Under the pieces are notes generated by a model. It did no database searches. It was given only the letters and a program-made list of their open reading frames with translations, and had not been told where the DNA came from. A stretch of DNA of 64,000 bases, taken from positions 474,281 to 538,280 of the forward strand of contig CBDEGU010000011.1 in assembly GCA_965238045.1 (NCBI GenBank). Direction: 5' to 3'. This document shows positions 51,877 to 62,285 of the stretch, piece after piece. The position numbers and the translations under genes are program-made. Positions within the stretch are counted from its first letter, which is position 1, and each line of letters starts with the position of its first letter. Origin of the DNA: Bryobacterales bacterium (GTDB lineage: Bacteria; Acidobacteriota; Terriglobia; Bryobacterales; UBA6623).

Positions 51877-52357
51877 TGCTGAAGGGCAATGAGGTTCCCC
51901 CCTTTCCACAGCCCCCACGATTCCGCCGTTTTCCGTTTTCGCGACAGCAGCGGCCGCCGCCAAGGATGGTCCGCCGCCGGTTGGCGCACTTGCCGCGCCC
52001 CTCGCTGCTTCGGCTCCCCGGAGTAGTGCGCGCGCACCAGTTGCAGCACTCGCCTGCGAACTTCCGCCGGCTTGGCCTGGTTCGATATCCGGCCCACGTT
52101 GCCGTGCTTCAATGCTCTCGTCTCTCCCGCGCTGTAGCGCCTCCAGATCCGCTTGGTCCGGCGATCACTGATAGCGAGCATCCGCGCCGCCTCGCTGAGC
52201 TTCAGCTCACCTCGCTTCACCCGGCCCAGCAACTGGCCCCGTCTTCATTCCTTGGCGTGCCTCCATGTCCTTTCCATCTCGGCTCCTCCTTCGGAGCCTT
52301 AGATTAGGGGACATTTCTATCGCCCTCTTATGGGGACATTCTCATTGCCCTTCAACA
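51877..52357 (-). mobile_element. Internally deleted ISNCY/IS481-like element with transposase N-terminal pseudogene
   Basis: 17-bp TIR tgctgaagggcaatgag / rc tgttgaagggcaatgag; tandem aatgtcccc subterminal repeats; HTH fragment LKLSEAARMLAISDRRTKRIWRRY...HGNVGR after a TGA. Confidence 0.8.
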
Positions 52358-52550
52358 GCCATAGGGCGGCCGGCGCTCGGAGCAAGGATTGCCATTTTGG
52401 GCATTCCGGCAGGCGCGGGACATACGAGATGGGGCTGCGAGGCAGTGATTTTTCTTGGCTTCCGGTCACCTTCGATCCATCTCTCGCCCCCGGTCCGGGG
52501 CGTGGGGAGGCGGTGGAGGCTCGGCATTCGGATTGGTTACGATAGGCGTG

Positions 52551-53744
52551 ATGATGGTTTCGATGCCCGCGGCCGCGACGGATGTGAGGCGGCGCCGATT
52601 TCTTGTGGCGGCGGGAATGGCGGGCGCTTCCGCCGCGGGTCAGGGTGCGGGGCCGACGGGTACGGGAGCGGCGGGCGCCGGTTGGGCGGGTGCGGTGTCG
52701 GCGGCGCCCTCCAGAAGCCTGGCGGCACCGGCGGGCAGGGGCCTGAAACTGGGGCTCGATCTTTTTAGCCTGCGGTCGCAGGGCTGGAGCGCTTTCAAGC
52801 TGCTTGATTACAGTGCCAAGCTCGGCGTGGGCGTCGTTCATTTCTCCGAGCCGCGATTCTTGGGGAGCGTCGAGCCGTCGCATCTGGATCGGGTCAAGGA
52901 ACACGCCGACGGCCTGGGTCTCGAAATCGAAGCGGGCTTTGGTTCGATCTGCCCGACGTCCACTCGATTCGACCCAAAACAGGGAACCGCCCCCGAGCAG
53001 TTGCGCAAGATGTTCGCGGTGGCAAAGCGGCTGGGCTCGCCGTTTGTGCGCTGCTACCTGGGCAGCTCCCGCGACCGGGAAGGCGCGATTCCGCTGGAGC
53101 AGCACATTGAGAACACCATCCAGACATGCAGGAGCGTGCGGACGGAGGCGCTCGATTTGGGGGTCAAGATCGCGATCGAGAATCATGCGGGCGATTTGCA
53201 GTCCCATCAACTCAAGATGCTGGTCGAAGAAGCCGGCACCGATTACGCCGGCGCGCTCTACGACGCCGGCAACGCGACCTGGACGCTCGAAGACCCGCTG
53301 ACCGCGCTGGAGACGCTCGCGCCGTATCTGCTGACGACCGGGATTCGCGATTCCGCCCTGTGGCAGACCCCCGAGGGCGCGGCCGTGCAGTGGGTGGCCA
53401 TGGGGGATGGAAACGCGGGCATCGAACGAGTCGCCAGGCGATTTGCCGAGCTGTGTCCGGGCAAGACGTTTTGTCTTGAGATCATCAACACCCGTTCGCC
53501 ACGAATGTTCCCATACCGGCGAGACGAATTTTGGGCGAACTACCGCGATGTTCCGGCCTGGGTTTTCGCGCGGTTTGAACGGCTGGCGGAGTCGGGCGAG
53601 GTTTACGGGAAGACACCCGCGGGGCCGGCAGGAGTTGACGAGAAGAGCGCGGCGTTCCGACGATTCCTGGTCAAACAGGAACGGCGCGATGTCGAGCAGG
53701 CGGTGGAGCATGCGAAGACCGTGCTTGGCTTGGGTGGGGGCTGA
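52551..53744 (+). CDS. Tat-exported sugar-phosphate isomerase/epimerase (xylose isomerase-like TIM barrel)
   Basis: RRRRFL signal; LGLDLFSLR, IAIENH, YDAGN, MGDG. Confidence 0.85.
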   Translation: MMVSMPAAATDVRRRRFLVAAGMAGASAAGQGAGPTGTGAAGAGWAGAVSAAPSRSLAAPAGRGLKLGLDLFSLRSQGWSAFKLLDYSAKLGVGVVHFSEPRFLGSVEPSHLDRVKEHADGLGLEIEAGFGSICPTSTRFDPKQGTAPEQLRKMFAVAKRLGSPFVRCYLGSSRDREGAIPLEQHIENTIQTCRSVRTEALDLGVKIAIENHAGDLQSHQLKMLVEEAGTDYAGALYDAGNATWTLEDPLTALETLAPYLLTTGIRDSALWQTPEGAAVQWVAMGDGNAGIERVARRFAELCPGKTFCLEIINTRSPRMFPYRRDEFWANYRDVPAWVFARFERLAESGEVYGKTPAGPAGVDEKSAAFRRFLVKQERRDVEQAVEHAKTVLGLGGG

Positions 53745-53753
53745 GGCGGCGGC

Positions 53754-55277
53754 TTACTGTTTGGTTCTCAGCGAGCCAGGCATTTTCAGGGCGACGACAC
53801 GGCCGGCCGAGTCGGCCTCGAAAATCGCCAGCTCGCCGGCCGGGCCACCGGCGTTGCCTTCGATCTCGATGCGGAAGCGATGCTCGCCCGCGGGGGTGAG
53901 CGTCAGGCGAGATTTCCAAGGGTTGTCCGAGTGGGGGCTCAGCACGGTGAGCACGCCGTCGAGCACGAGAACGTGCACTGCGTGGCCGAAGTTCACGCCA
54001 GTGTAGACGCCGGTGTATTTTTCCCATGCCGGGTCCGCGACCGGCGGCGACTCGAAAGGCTTGACAGCTTCGGCGATGGGTGAGCTTAGCAGTTCGAACG
54101 CCTTGCGAGCATAGGTTTGGGGGTCGCCGTCAGTGGCGTTCATCAGAACGATGACGCCGAGTTTGCGCTTTGCCGAGAGCATGATCTGGGTGCGGTTGCC
54201 AAGAACGCTGCCGCCGTGGCCGAAGAAGACTTCGTCTTTCTCGCGGCGAATGCTGAAGCCCAAACCCCAGCCGCTTTTCCAGTCCGGCTGGAGCCAATGG
54301 ACGCGCCGCATTTCACGCAGGGTCGAGCCTTTGAGGATTTGCGCGCCGCCAGCCGGGCCGCCGCGAAATTGGAGGGAGGCGAATTTCGCCAGGTCTTCGA
54401 CCGAGGAGGCGAGATTGGCCGCGGGCGTGAGTCCGCCGGAGCGGGTGAACAACTCGATCGTGCGGGGCCGGCCGGGGCGATGGATGCCGTAGGGCACGGC
54501 CAGTCCTGGCGTGGAGGGGTCGGGCAGTACATGCGTGTTGAGCATGTTCAAGGGCCGCAGCACATGCTCTTCGATGTACCGCGGGTAGGGCTGGCCCGAG
54601 ACGGCCGTGATGACTTCCCCGGCGAGGGATATCGCGAGGTTGGAGTACTTCCAGCGGGTTTCGGCCGGGTAGGCGGTTTCCTGGCGGGCGAGACCATCGA
54701 GCATCTCGTCGCGACTGGGAAATTCGCCGTCGCTCCAATACTGACCCACGGCCTCGCGCGGCAAGCCCGAGGTGTGGGTGAGCAGATGGCGGATGGTGAT
54801 GAGCGGGCCGTCCGGGTGCCGGTTGGTGATCTTGAAGCGGGGCAGGTGTTTGGCGACAGGGTCGTCGAGTTGCAGTTTCCCGGCGTCACGCAATTGCAGG
54901 ATGCCGGTGGCGGTAAAGAGTTTCGAATTCGAGGCGATGCGGTAGAGCGTCTTGGGAGTGGCCGGGGTGCGCTGGGCGATGTTGGCGAACCCGTATCCCT
55001 TGGCCCAGATCAGCTCCTGGTCATGAATGATGCCGATCGATAGTCCGGGCTTCTCTTGATCGCTGAGGCGGGCGTCGATCCAGAGGTCGAGAACTTTCAG
55101 CGCGGTTTCGACCTTGGGGTGCCCGGCCAGTGCGCCGGGTTCGGGGGCGGGCGGCGCGGTGATGCCCGACGGCGCGGTGAAGGCGGCCAGGAGCAGGAGC
55201 GAGGGGGCTATAAACCTGTACGCGCTGAATCTATGCGGACGGCGATGGATACGGTGGAGCGATTTTCTCCATGTCAT
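53754..55277 (-). CDS. Serine hydrolase, beta-lactamase family
   Basis: IASNSK (SxxK), LLTHTSGL, YSN, GHGG. Confidence 0.92.
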   Translation of the reverse strand: MTWRKSLHRIHRRPHRFSAYRFIAPSLLLLAAFTAPSGITAPPAPEPGALAGHPKVETALKVLDLWIDARLSDQEKPGLSIGIIHDQELIWAKGYGFANIAQRTPATPKTLYRIASNSKLFTATGILQLRDAGKLQLDDPVAKHLPRFKITNRHPDGPLITIRHLLTHTSGLPREAVGQYWSDGEFPSRDEMLDGLARQETAYPAETRWKYSNLAISLAGEVITAVSGQPYPRYIEEHVLRPLNMLNTHVLPDPSTPGLAVPYGIHRPGRPRTIELFTRSGGLTPAANLASSVEDLAKFASLQFRGGPAGGAQILKGSTLREMRRVHWLQPDWKSGWGLGFSIRREKDEVFFGHGGSVLGNRTQIMLSAKRKLGVIVLMNATDGDPQTYARKAFELLSSPIAEAVKPFESPPVADPAWEKYTGVYTGVNFGHAVHVLVLDGVLTVLSPHSDNPWKSRLTLTPAGEHRFRIEIEGNAGGPAGELAIFEADSAGRVVALKMPGSLRTKQ

Positions 55278-55353
55278 GACGAAGGTCCTCGGATGGGAGT
55301 TGTTTGTCTGGGTCGCCTTGTCTGGGCCGGCGGCGAGACCGGTTTGTGTCGAG

Positions 55354-56646
55354 CTAGGCCAAGTCGCCGCCTGGCAGAATGCGTTCCGCGTTCAGGTACG
55401 GACGCAACGCCTCGGGCACGACGACGCTGCCGTCGGACTGCTGATAGTTTTCGACGATCGCCACCCAGGTGCGTCCGATGGCGAGACCGCTGCCGTTGAG
55501 CGTGTGGATAAACTGGGATTTCCCTTTCTTGGCCGACGGATCGCGATAGCGTATGCGGGCCCGGCGAGCCTGGAAACTCTCGAAATTACTGCACGACGAG
55601 ATTTCCTTGAACTCGTTCACGCCGGGCAGCCAGACTTCGATATCGCAGGTCTTGGCGCTCGAAAACCCCAGGTCGCCCGTGGCGAGTACGACGGTGCGAT
55701 AGGGCAGGCCGAGGCGGTCGAGTATGTCTTCGGCGTCTCGGGTGAGCGATTCGAGTTCGTCGTAGCTCGTCTCGGGCTGAACGAATTTGACCATCTCGAC
55801 CTTCTGAAACTGGTGCTGCCGAATGATGCCGCGCACGTCGCGTCCATAGGAGCCGGCTTCGCTGCGAAAACAGGGGGTACAGGCGGTTAGCTTGATCGGA
55901 AGCTCGCCGAGATCGAGCGTTTGGCCGGCATAGATGTTGGTTAGGGGTACTTCGGCCGTGGGAATGAGCCAATAGTCTGTCCCTTCGAGCTTGAAGAGAT
56001 CTTCGCTGAACTTGGGAAGCTGACCGGTTCCGAACAGGCTCGCGGAATTCACCAAGAACGGGGGAAGAACTTCGGTATAGCCATGCTCGCCAGTATGCAC
56101 GTCGAGCATGAAGTTCATTAACGCGCGCTCGAGTTTCGCGCCCGCCTTCCAATAGACGCTGAAGCGCGCGCCGGTGATCTTGGCGGCGCTTTCGAAATCG
56201 AGAATGCCGAGTTCCGGGCCCAGATCCCAGTGCGCCTTGGGCTGGAAATCGAACTCGCGCGGCGTGCCCGAACGGTGAATCTCGATGTTGGCGCTCTCAT
56301 CGCTTCCTTCGGGAACCGACTCGTGGGGAATATTGGGAAGGGCGCGCAGAACTTCCGCTAAAGCGTCGTCGAGCACCTTGACGTTCTCGTCGAGCGACTT
56401 GACTTGCGCGCCGACTTCGCGGCTCTGGCGCATGGCGTCGCCGGCGTCGCCGCCTTCTCGCTTAGTCTTGGCGACTTCGGCGCTGAGGGCATTGCGCCGC
56501 GCCTTGAGACTCTCGATCTCGGTCACGGCGGCCCGGCGGCGCTGGTCGATTTCGAGGAACTGGCCGAGGCCTTCGATCGCGCCGCGCTTTTCGAGGTTCT
56601 GTTTTACCGCGTCGAAGTTCTGCCGGAGGGTGTTTAGGTCGAGCAT
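55354..56646 (-). CDS. serS: Serine--tRNA ligase
   Basis: [50 protein letters not shown]. Confidence 0.98.
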   Translation of the reverse strand: MLDLNTLRQNFDAVKQNLEKRGAIEGLGQFLEIDQRRRAAVTEIESLKARRNALSAEVAKTKREGGDAGDAMRQSREVGAQVKSLDENVKVLDDALAEVLRALPNIPHESVPEGSDESANIEIHRSGTPREFDFQPKAHWDLGPELGILDFESAAKITGARFSVYWKAGAKLERALMNFMLDVHTGEHGYTEVLPPFLVNSASLFGTGQLPKFSEDLFKLEGTDYWLIPTAEVPLTNIYAGQTLDLGELPIKLTACTPCFRSEAGSYGRDVRGIIRQHQFQKVEMVKFVQPETSYDELESLTRDAEDILDRLGLPYRTVVLATGDLGFSSAKTCDIEVWLPGVNEFKEISSCSNFESFQARRARIRYRDPSAKKGKSQFIHTLNGSGLAIGRTWVAIVENYQQSDGSVVVPEALRPYLNAERILPGGDLA

Positions 56647-56734
56647 GAATTCATCAGTTTAACGCAGGGCAGTTTAACGCAGGGCCGAGCGCGCCTGGTC
56701 ACTCGAAGACTGTTGTTATCGCGGGTGCGGGCTG

Positions 56735-58477
56735 TTACGGGCCGGTGGCCAGCCGCGGTTCGGTTACGGTCAGAATCTGATCGGCGGTGATGTTATTGAG
56801 CTGCTGGCGGATGCCGCTTGGCCAGTCGATTACTAGTTTCTCGACGAGGGCTTCCTCTCCCAGGCCGAAATGAACTCTGCCGTCGCTTGCCGACTGATAG
56901 CTTCCCGCCGTGGTGGCATAACCCCACTGCTCGGCGCCCGACGGGGAGCGGATGTGCAGCTTGGCGCCCTGCCCGTCGCGGTTGCTCGTGGCGCCGATGA
57001 GCTTGATCTCCAGCCAGTGGCGCGGCAAGGAGGAGGCATTGCTGTAAAGCACCGCCGGGTAGTCGCCAAGCACGCCGACGACGATATCGATGTCGCCGTC
57101 ATTGTCGAGATCACCGAACGCGGCGCCTCGGCCAGCGAGGTTCTTGCTGAAGATCGCGCCGCTCTCGCGGGACACGTCGGTGAACTTGCCGCGGTCGTTG
57201 CGGACCAGCAGCGGAGGCTGGAGGTAGGGGATGGTGGGATCCATCCGTTCAACGTTATCGAGGACGTGGCTTTGCGCGACGAAGAGATCCTTCCAGCCGT
57301 CGTGATCATAGTCGAAGAAACGGACTCCCCAGCCAGAAAGGAAGTTCGTGATGCGCGCCAGATAGGTTTGCCGGGTGCGATAGGAAAAGTACCCGCTCTT
57401 ATCGTTGCGGTAGAGCGCGTATAACTCCTTGGCGAGGTTGGTAATGATGACGTCGGGACGGCCGTCGTTGTCATAGTCGTTGAAGTCGATTCCCATGCCG
57501 GCGTAGGTGCCGCCGTCCTCGTTATAGGCCAGGCCGGCAAGGAGACCCTGTTCGCTGAAGGCGCCATCGCCCTCGTTGTGAAAGAGCAACTGTGCGACCG
57601 AATCGTTGGCCACGGCGACGTCGGTTCGCCCGTCGCCGTCATAGTCGTTAAACGCCACGCCCAGTGACTTGCCCAGAACGCGGCCGATGCCCGACGACTC
57701 GGAAACGTCGCTGAAGGCGCCGTCGCCATTGTTGCGGTAGAGGATGTTGCGGACGGGCTGAAAACGCGTCGGGCTGCAATAGACCTGAATCTCGGCCCCG
57801 CATCGAATGTTTTTCGCAAAATCCCAATCGAGGTAACGGGTCAGGAACAGATCGAGGTCGCCGTCGTGGTCGTAGTCGAAGAATCCCGCGCTGGCCGACC
57901 AGCCGCCGGCCGCGACACCGGCCGCCGCCGTTACATCCTCGAAGGTTCCGTCGCCGCGATTGCGGTAGAGGACATTCGGGCCGAAATGGGTGACGTAGAG
58001 ATCGACGAAGCCGTCGTTATCGAAGTCACCGGCGGCCACGCCCATGCCGTAACCGGAATGTCCCTTTCCGCTGACGCCTGCTTTCTCGGTGACGTCGGAG
58101 AATTTGCCCGTGCCAAGATTACGGTAGAGGCGGTGGAATTGCCCGAGTTGCGAGCGGTCGATCGTGACGGTTTGATCCGGGCCGCGGTCGAGACCGCCGC
58201 TGTTGACGAAGAAAATGTCGAGTAACCCGTCGTCGTCGTAGTCGAGGAGGGCGACGCCTCCGCCCATGGTCTCGATGAGGTATTTTTCGGGTTGCGGGCT
58301 GGCGTGGTGCTTGAAGGTGATGCCGGCTTCGGCGCGGCGGTCTTCAAAGGACGGCGCTTGCTGGGTTGCTTGCTGGGCTGGGGCTGGCCCTCGAGTCAGA
58401 TCCAAAGCGAAAGCCAGCAAAAGGATGGAGAGGAACAATCCGCGCCCTGGAGGACGTTCTCTGTGGAAGGGAATCAT
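56735..58477 (-). CDS. CRTAC1-family FG-GAP/ASPIC-UnbV protein
   Basis: ETMGGGV, repeated D(Y/F)DNDG..D, SNRDGQGA, VHFGLG, WPSG. Confidence 0.92.
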   Translation of the reverse strand: MIPFHRERPPGRGLFLSILLLAFALDLTRGPAPAQQATQQAPSFEDRRAEAGITFKHHASPQPEKYLIETMGGGVALLDYDDDGLLDIFFVNSGGLDRGPDQTVTIDRSQLGQFHRLYRNLGTGKFSDVTEKAGVSGKGHSGYGMGVAAGDFDNDGFVDLYVTHFGPNVLYRNRGDGTFEDVTAAAGVAAGGWSASAGFFDYDHDGDLDLFLTRYLDWDFAKNIRCGAEIQVYCSPTRFQPVRNILYRNNGDGAFSDVSESSGIGRVLGKSLGVAFNDYDGDGRTDVAVANDSVAQLLFHNEGDGAFSEQGLLAGLAYNEDGGTYAGMGIDFNDYDNDGRPDVIITNLAKELYALYRNDKSGYFSYRTRQTYLARITNFLSGWGVRFFDYDHDGWKDLFVAQSHVLDNVERMDPTIPYLQPPLLVRNDRGKFTDVSRESGAIFSKNLAGRGAAFGDLDNDGDIDIVVGVLGDYPAVLYSNASSLPRHWLEIKLIGATSNRDGQGAKLHIRSPSGAEQWGYATTAGSYQSASDGRVHFGLGEEALVEKLVIDWPSGIRQQLNNITADQILTVTEPRLATGP

Positions 58478-58586
58478 GGAGCTTGCAGGATGCTCGGGAC
58501 CGTCTGGCGCCGCGGCGGTGGCCGGTACGGCAGCGCGGGCCTGTACGGGACCGACACTTCGGAGTATACTCCACAGGCTGTTTCGG

Positions 58587-58615
58587 TTGACTAATACGTA
58601 TGATACGTGTACGGT
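58587..58615 (+). promoter_or_regulatory. TA operon promoter with ATACGT operator repeats
   Basis: TTGACT-17-TACGGT; palindrome ATACGTAT and a second ATACGT in the spacer. Confidence 0.6.
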
Positions 58616-58621
58616 ATGTAT

Positions 58622-58852
58622 GTGACCAGAAAGCTGACTATTACTGTCTCGGAAGAGGTTTATAGAGGGCTGCACGGCAAGATCGGCAGGGGGCGCATCA
58701 GCGGTTTTATTGATGCGCTGGCCCGGCCGCATGTTGTGGACACTGAGCTTGACGCTGCCTACAAAGGGATGGCGGCCGATCGGCACCGAGAGGCCGAGGC
58801 CGAGGAATGGGTTGAAAACCTGGCTGGTGATGTGGCCGATGAAGCGCGGTGA
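58622..58852 (+). CDS. Type II antitoxin (RHH-like)
   Basis: [11 protein letters not shown]...ISGFI...LDAAY..MAAD..RE.EA.EW; overlaps the toxin start. Confidence 0.85.
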   Translation: MTRKLTITVSEEVYRGLHGKIGRGRISGFIDALARPHVVDTELDAAYKGMAADRHREAEAEEWVENLAGDVADEAR

Positions 58853-59177
58853 GGTCTGGTGGGTCAGCTTCGACCCGGCGATCGGGGGCGAAATCCGCAA
58901 GACCCGCCCTGCCGTCATCGTCAGTCGCGATGCCTCCAATCGCCACCTCAACCGGGTCCAGGTTGTCCCGCTGACCAGCAACACCGATAAACTCTACCCT
59001 TGCGAGGCCTACGTGATCGTGGAGAATCAGACTGGGGGGGAGCAGACCGCTAAGGCCATGGCTGACCAACTTACGACCGTCTCCAAGAAACGTTTGCGCA
59101 ACCGAGCCGGGCTTCTTTCTCCCAAAGACATGGACAGCGTCGGGCGTGTCATCCGGCTGCATTTGGATCTGCGGTGA
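58839..59177 (+). CDS. PemK/MazF-family toxin
   Basis: [42 protein letters not shown]. Confidence 0.95.
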   Translation: MKRGEVWWVSFDPAIGGEIRKTRPAVIVSRDASNRHLNRVQVVPLTSNTDKLYPCEAYVIVENQTGGEQTAKAMADQLTTVSKKRLRNRAGLLSPKDMDSVGRVIRLHLDLR

Positions 59178-59300
59178 TTGATCACCCCCACTTGTCCGGC
59201 TGACTCGATGATGCCTTAGATCGGCTGGGTACGCTATGCTTTTTCAGGCAGCCGCAACCGGTCCCTGATTTCGCCCCGCCCTGATTCCCCCGGTTTTCCC

Positions 59301-59329
59301 TTGAAAATCTCGCCCAAGGGCGGCATACT
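59301..59329 (+). promoter_or_regulatory. Putative sigma70 promoter
   Basis: TTGAAA-17-CATACT upstream of the WG-repeat gene. Confidence 0.5.
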
Positions 59330-59431
59330 TTCTATCGGAGGGCGCTGGCTCTGTCGTTTCGGCTGAACCAGGACCAGGTCAATAGTGTGACTTGTGGGCT
59401 GGCTCTGACCGGCCGGAAGGAGTTGCAGGCG

Positions 59432-60595
59432 ATGAACTACGTGATCATCCGAATCTTGCTCGTCTTTTGTTTTTCTTCATGCAGCTTGTTGGCCTGCTCG
59501 TGGGACTATCCGATCTGGATTCCGCGAAGCAATGACGCTGATCCTCTTTACAGATTTGTAAAACACGGTAAGGCTGGGTACATCGACCGGACCGGAAAGG
59601 TCGTCATTAAGCCGAAGTTCCCGACCTCCGGTAACTACGGCGACGAATTCCATGCCGGCCTGCTCGATACGGACATCAGCGAGGGTGAGTACGTGAACCG
59701 CCAGGGCGAGCGGGCTTTCGAGAAAAGTTTCTATCGCGGATGGGAGTTTTCTGAGGGCTTGGCTGTCGTGATGGAAGAAGAGGGTGGGCTGTGGGGGTAC
59801 ATTGACGCGACCGGCGAATTCGCGATCTCGCCGCGGTTCCAGGGGCACCCGCACGGCTACGTGTCCTCCTTTTCAGACGGACTCGCCAGCGCAAAGGTTG
59901 GTGAGAAGCATGGTTATATTGACAAGACTGGAGAGTTTGTGATCAAGTACCGATTCCTGGTCGCGAACCGTTTTATTGAGGGAATGGCCCGTGTGGTGGC
60001 AGTTGACCAACCGTGCATCTACGTCAGCGATGGCCCCTGCTCTGGCCTCCAAGTGCTGCCGGAAGGAACCCCCTGGACCGAAGGCCTGCCGTTCTGCAAG
60101 TACACCTTTGTCGACAAGTCAGGAGACCTTCTGCGAGACCAGTTCGACCAACTCGGGGATTACGCGGAGGGGATGGCGCCTGTCCGCATCAATCGTCAGT
60201 GGGGGTATATCGACTCCGCGGGCGAGATCGTCATCAAACCTTCCTTTGAGGCCGCCTGGCCGTTCTCGGATGGTCTGGCGAGAGTGAAGGCGAGAGACAG
60301 ATTCGGTTTCATAGACGCGTCGGGAGAGTGGGTGTTACCTCCGATCTTTGATCAGGCGGGAGATTTTTCTAGCGGTCTGGCGCCGGTGGAACAGACGGGT
60401 TACCGCTTCATCAATAAGCGTGGTTTCCAGGCTTTCCCTGGCCGGTTCGCTGAAGCCAGTCCTTTCTTCAAGGGGTTGGCTCATGTCCAACTGTTTGAAA
60501 TAGGAGACGATGGTCTATCAGAAGTCAGCCAGAGGTTCGCCTACATCGACACATCCGGCAAAGTCGTGTTTAGTTACGAGCAGTCGTGGGAGTAG
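59432..60595 (+). CDS. WG-repeat (KWG) protein
   Basis: Repeated GYID..G..VI.P.F....FSEGLA; AAGGAG RBS; signal/lipoprotein-like N-terminus. Confidence 0.92.
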   Translation: MNYVIIRILLVFCFSSCSLLACSWDYPIWIPRSNDADPLYRFVKHGKAGYIDRTGKVVIKPKFPTSGNYGDEFHAGLLDTDISEGEYVNRQGERAFEKSFYRGWEFSEGLAVVMEEEGGLWGYIDATGEFAISPRFQGHPHGYVSSFSDGLASAKVGEKHGYIDKTGEFVIKYRFLVANRFIEGMARVVAVDQPCIYVSDGPCSGLQVLPEGTPWTEGLPFCKYTFVDKSGDLLRDQFDQLGDYAEGMAPVRINRQWGYIDSAGEIVIKPSFEAAWPFSDGLARVKARDRFGFIDASGEWVLPPIFDQAGDFSSGLAPVEQTGYRFINKRGFQAFPGRFAEASPFFKGLAHVQLFEIGDDGLSEVSQRFAYIDTSGKVVFSYEQSWE

Positions 60596-60747
60596 CTGCC
60601 CGATGCCGCGAAGCGCGCTCCGATGGTGAGACAGTTGATTGACCGACAAGATTGGGGGGCGGAGAGACGGACCGCACTCCTGTTGCGCCAGTGCGGCATG
60701 TGATGGGGCCGGAAGGTGCAGGGACTGGAGCGAAGCGGGTTTGAGGT

Positions 60748-62280
60748 TTGATGAGCATGTATCTTAGAGCGGCGGTGAAGCAGTTTATGGTTCTGGCGGC
60801 GGCGGGTATTTGCTGGCTCGGGCTGGCGGCGGCTGACGTCGTCGAGCAGGGGCCTCGGGACTCGGCTGCTTCGGGGCTGCGGGCCGGGGTTGCTCGGGCG
60901 GATATCACTCCTCCGGCCGGGATCGCTCAGTTGAACTGGGGCTCGCAAACTCACATTGCGGCGGATGGGGCCGATCCGGTGGGGATGGTGGCTACGGCTT
61001 TGGTGATTGCTCACGGGGATGAGCGGTTCGCGATGGTGGACATCGATAGTCTGTTCCCGGACTATTTTTCCGGCGCCATTGAGCGGGCCGCCAAGCTGAC
61101 TGGCATTCCGGCGTCGCGGATACGTTTGGCGGCCACGCATACCCATGCCGGTCCGATGCTGTCGGCGGCCAAGGGTCCGGCGGGCTCGGACCTGACGGCG
61201 CATCTGGCGATGATCGGGCGCTACCGCTCCTATACTACCGATAAGATTGTCGGCGCGATCGTCGAAGCGAATCGGCGGCTGCGACCCGCGCACATCCATG
61301 GCGGACGAGGACAGGGGACGATCAACGTCAACCGGCGCGTTCGCGCCGAGGGCGACAGGCCTCCAGCGGTGGGCCGTAATCCGGCCGGCTTTGTCGACCG
61401 CGAGCTGGTTGTGTTCCGAATCGACGACGCCGAGGGCCGGCCGATCGCCATCCTGTCGAATTTTCAATGCCACGGCACGGTGCTGGCCTACGAGAACAAA
61501 TACCTCTCGGCGGACTGGCCTGGTATGACGCGGAAGGTCGTCGAGCAAGCCTTCCCCGGCGCGCTGTGCTTGTTCTTTCAAGGCGCGGCGGGGAACCAGG
61601 GGCCGATCGAGGGATTTACGGGCGACCTGGGGGTGGCGCACCGGCTGGGGGCGACGCTGGGACATCAGATCGCCGCCGTTGCGCTGGGGATTGAAACCGT
61701 GCGCCGCGAGCCGACCTTCGAGGGATTTGTCGAATCGACCGCTTACCAGGCGAAACAGCATTGGCGGGTGAAGGGGCCGCGGGACGCCACGCTGCGATTC
61801 GCCAGCAAGGTGATCGAGCTGCCGCGGCGGCGCTATGGCGAAGAGGAAATTTCGGCCATGGCGCGGCGTCTGGCCGATGCCGAGGAAAAACTCGATGCGG
61901 CCGGGCGATCGGGCGACGCGTGGAAGAAGCATCAGGCCGAGGCGCGGGCGAGGCGTTTTTCGGATCTGCTGAAGAAATGGAAGCAGCCCGCCGATGTGTC
62001 GCCGGTGCGGCTGGAGGTGCAGGTTTTGCGCATCGGGGAGCTGGCGATCGTCGCGATGCCGGGCGAGATGTTCGCTGAAATCGGCGTGGCGATCAAGAAG
62101 GCATCGCCGTTCGCGTTCACGATGTTCGCCGGCTATTCGAGCGGAACGGGCGGGGGCTATATGCCGACCGAAGCCGAATACGCTTTCGGCGGCTACGAGG
62201 TCGAGCGTACACCCTACGGGCGGCGGGCGGCGCAAGAACTCATCGAGCAGGCAACGGCGCTATTCGATGAGGTTCGGTAA
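60748..62280 (+). CDS. Neutral/alkaline ceramidase-like N-terminal domain protein
   Basis: AGVARADITP, ATHTHAGP, NFQCHG, SADWPG, FQGAAGN, PGEMF, GYMPT. Confidence 0.85.
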   Translation: MMSMYLRAAVKQFMVLAAAGICWLGLAAADVVEQGPRDSAASGLRAGVARADITPPAGIAQLNWGSQTHIAADGADPVGMVATALVIAHGDERFAMVDIDSLFPDYFSGAIERAAKLTGIPASRIRLAATHTHAGPMLSAAKGPAGSDLTAHLAMIGRYRSYTTDKIVGAIVEANRRLRPAHIHGGRGQGTINVNRRVRAEGDRPPAVGRNPAGFVDRELVVFRIDDAEGRPIAILSNFQCHGTVLAYENKYLSADWPGMTRKVVEQAFPGALCLFFQGAAGNQGPIEGFTGDLGVAHRLGATLGHQIAAVALGIETVRREPTFEGFVESTAYQAKQHWRVKGPRDATLRFASKVIELPRRRYGEEEISAMARRLADAEEKLDAAGRSGDAWKKHQAEARARRFSDLLKKWKQPADVSPVRLEVQVLRIGELAIVAMPGEMFAEIGVAIKKASPFAFTMFAGYSSGTGGGYMPTEAEYAFGGYEVERTPYGRRAAQELIEQATALFDEVR

Positions 62281-62285
62281 GCGCT

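Noticed and set aside
53754-55277. Antibiotic-resistance beta-lactamase
   Set aside because: The motifs fit the broad serine hydrolase family; no specific evidence for resistance
58478-58984. 749-aa version of the CRTAC1 ORF
   Set aside because: The extension is antisense to the TA genes; the signal peptide starts near 58477
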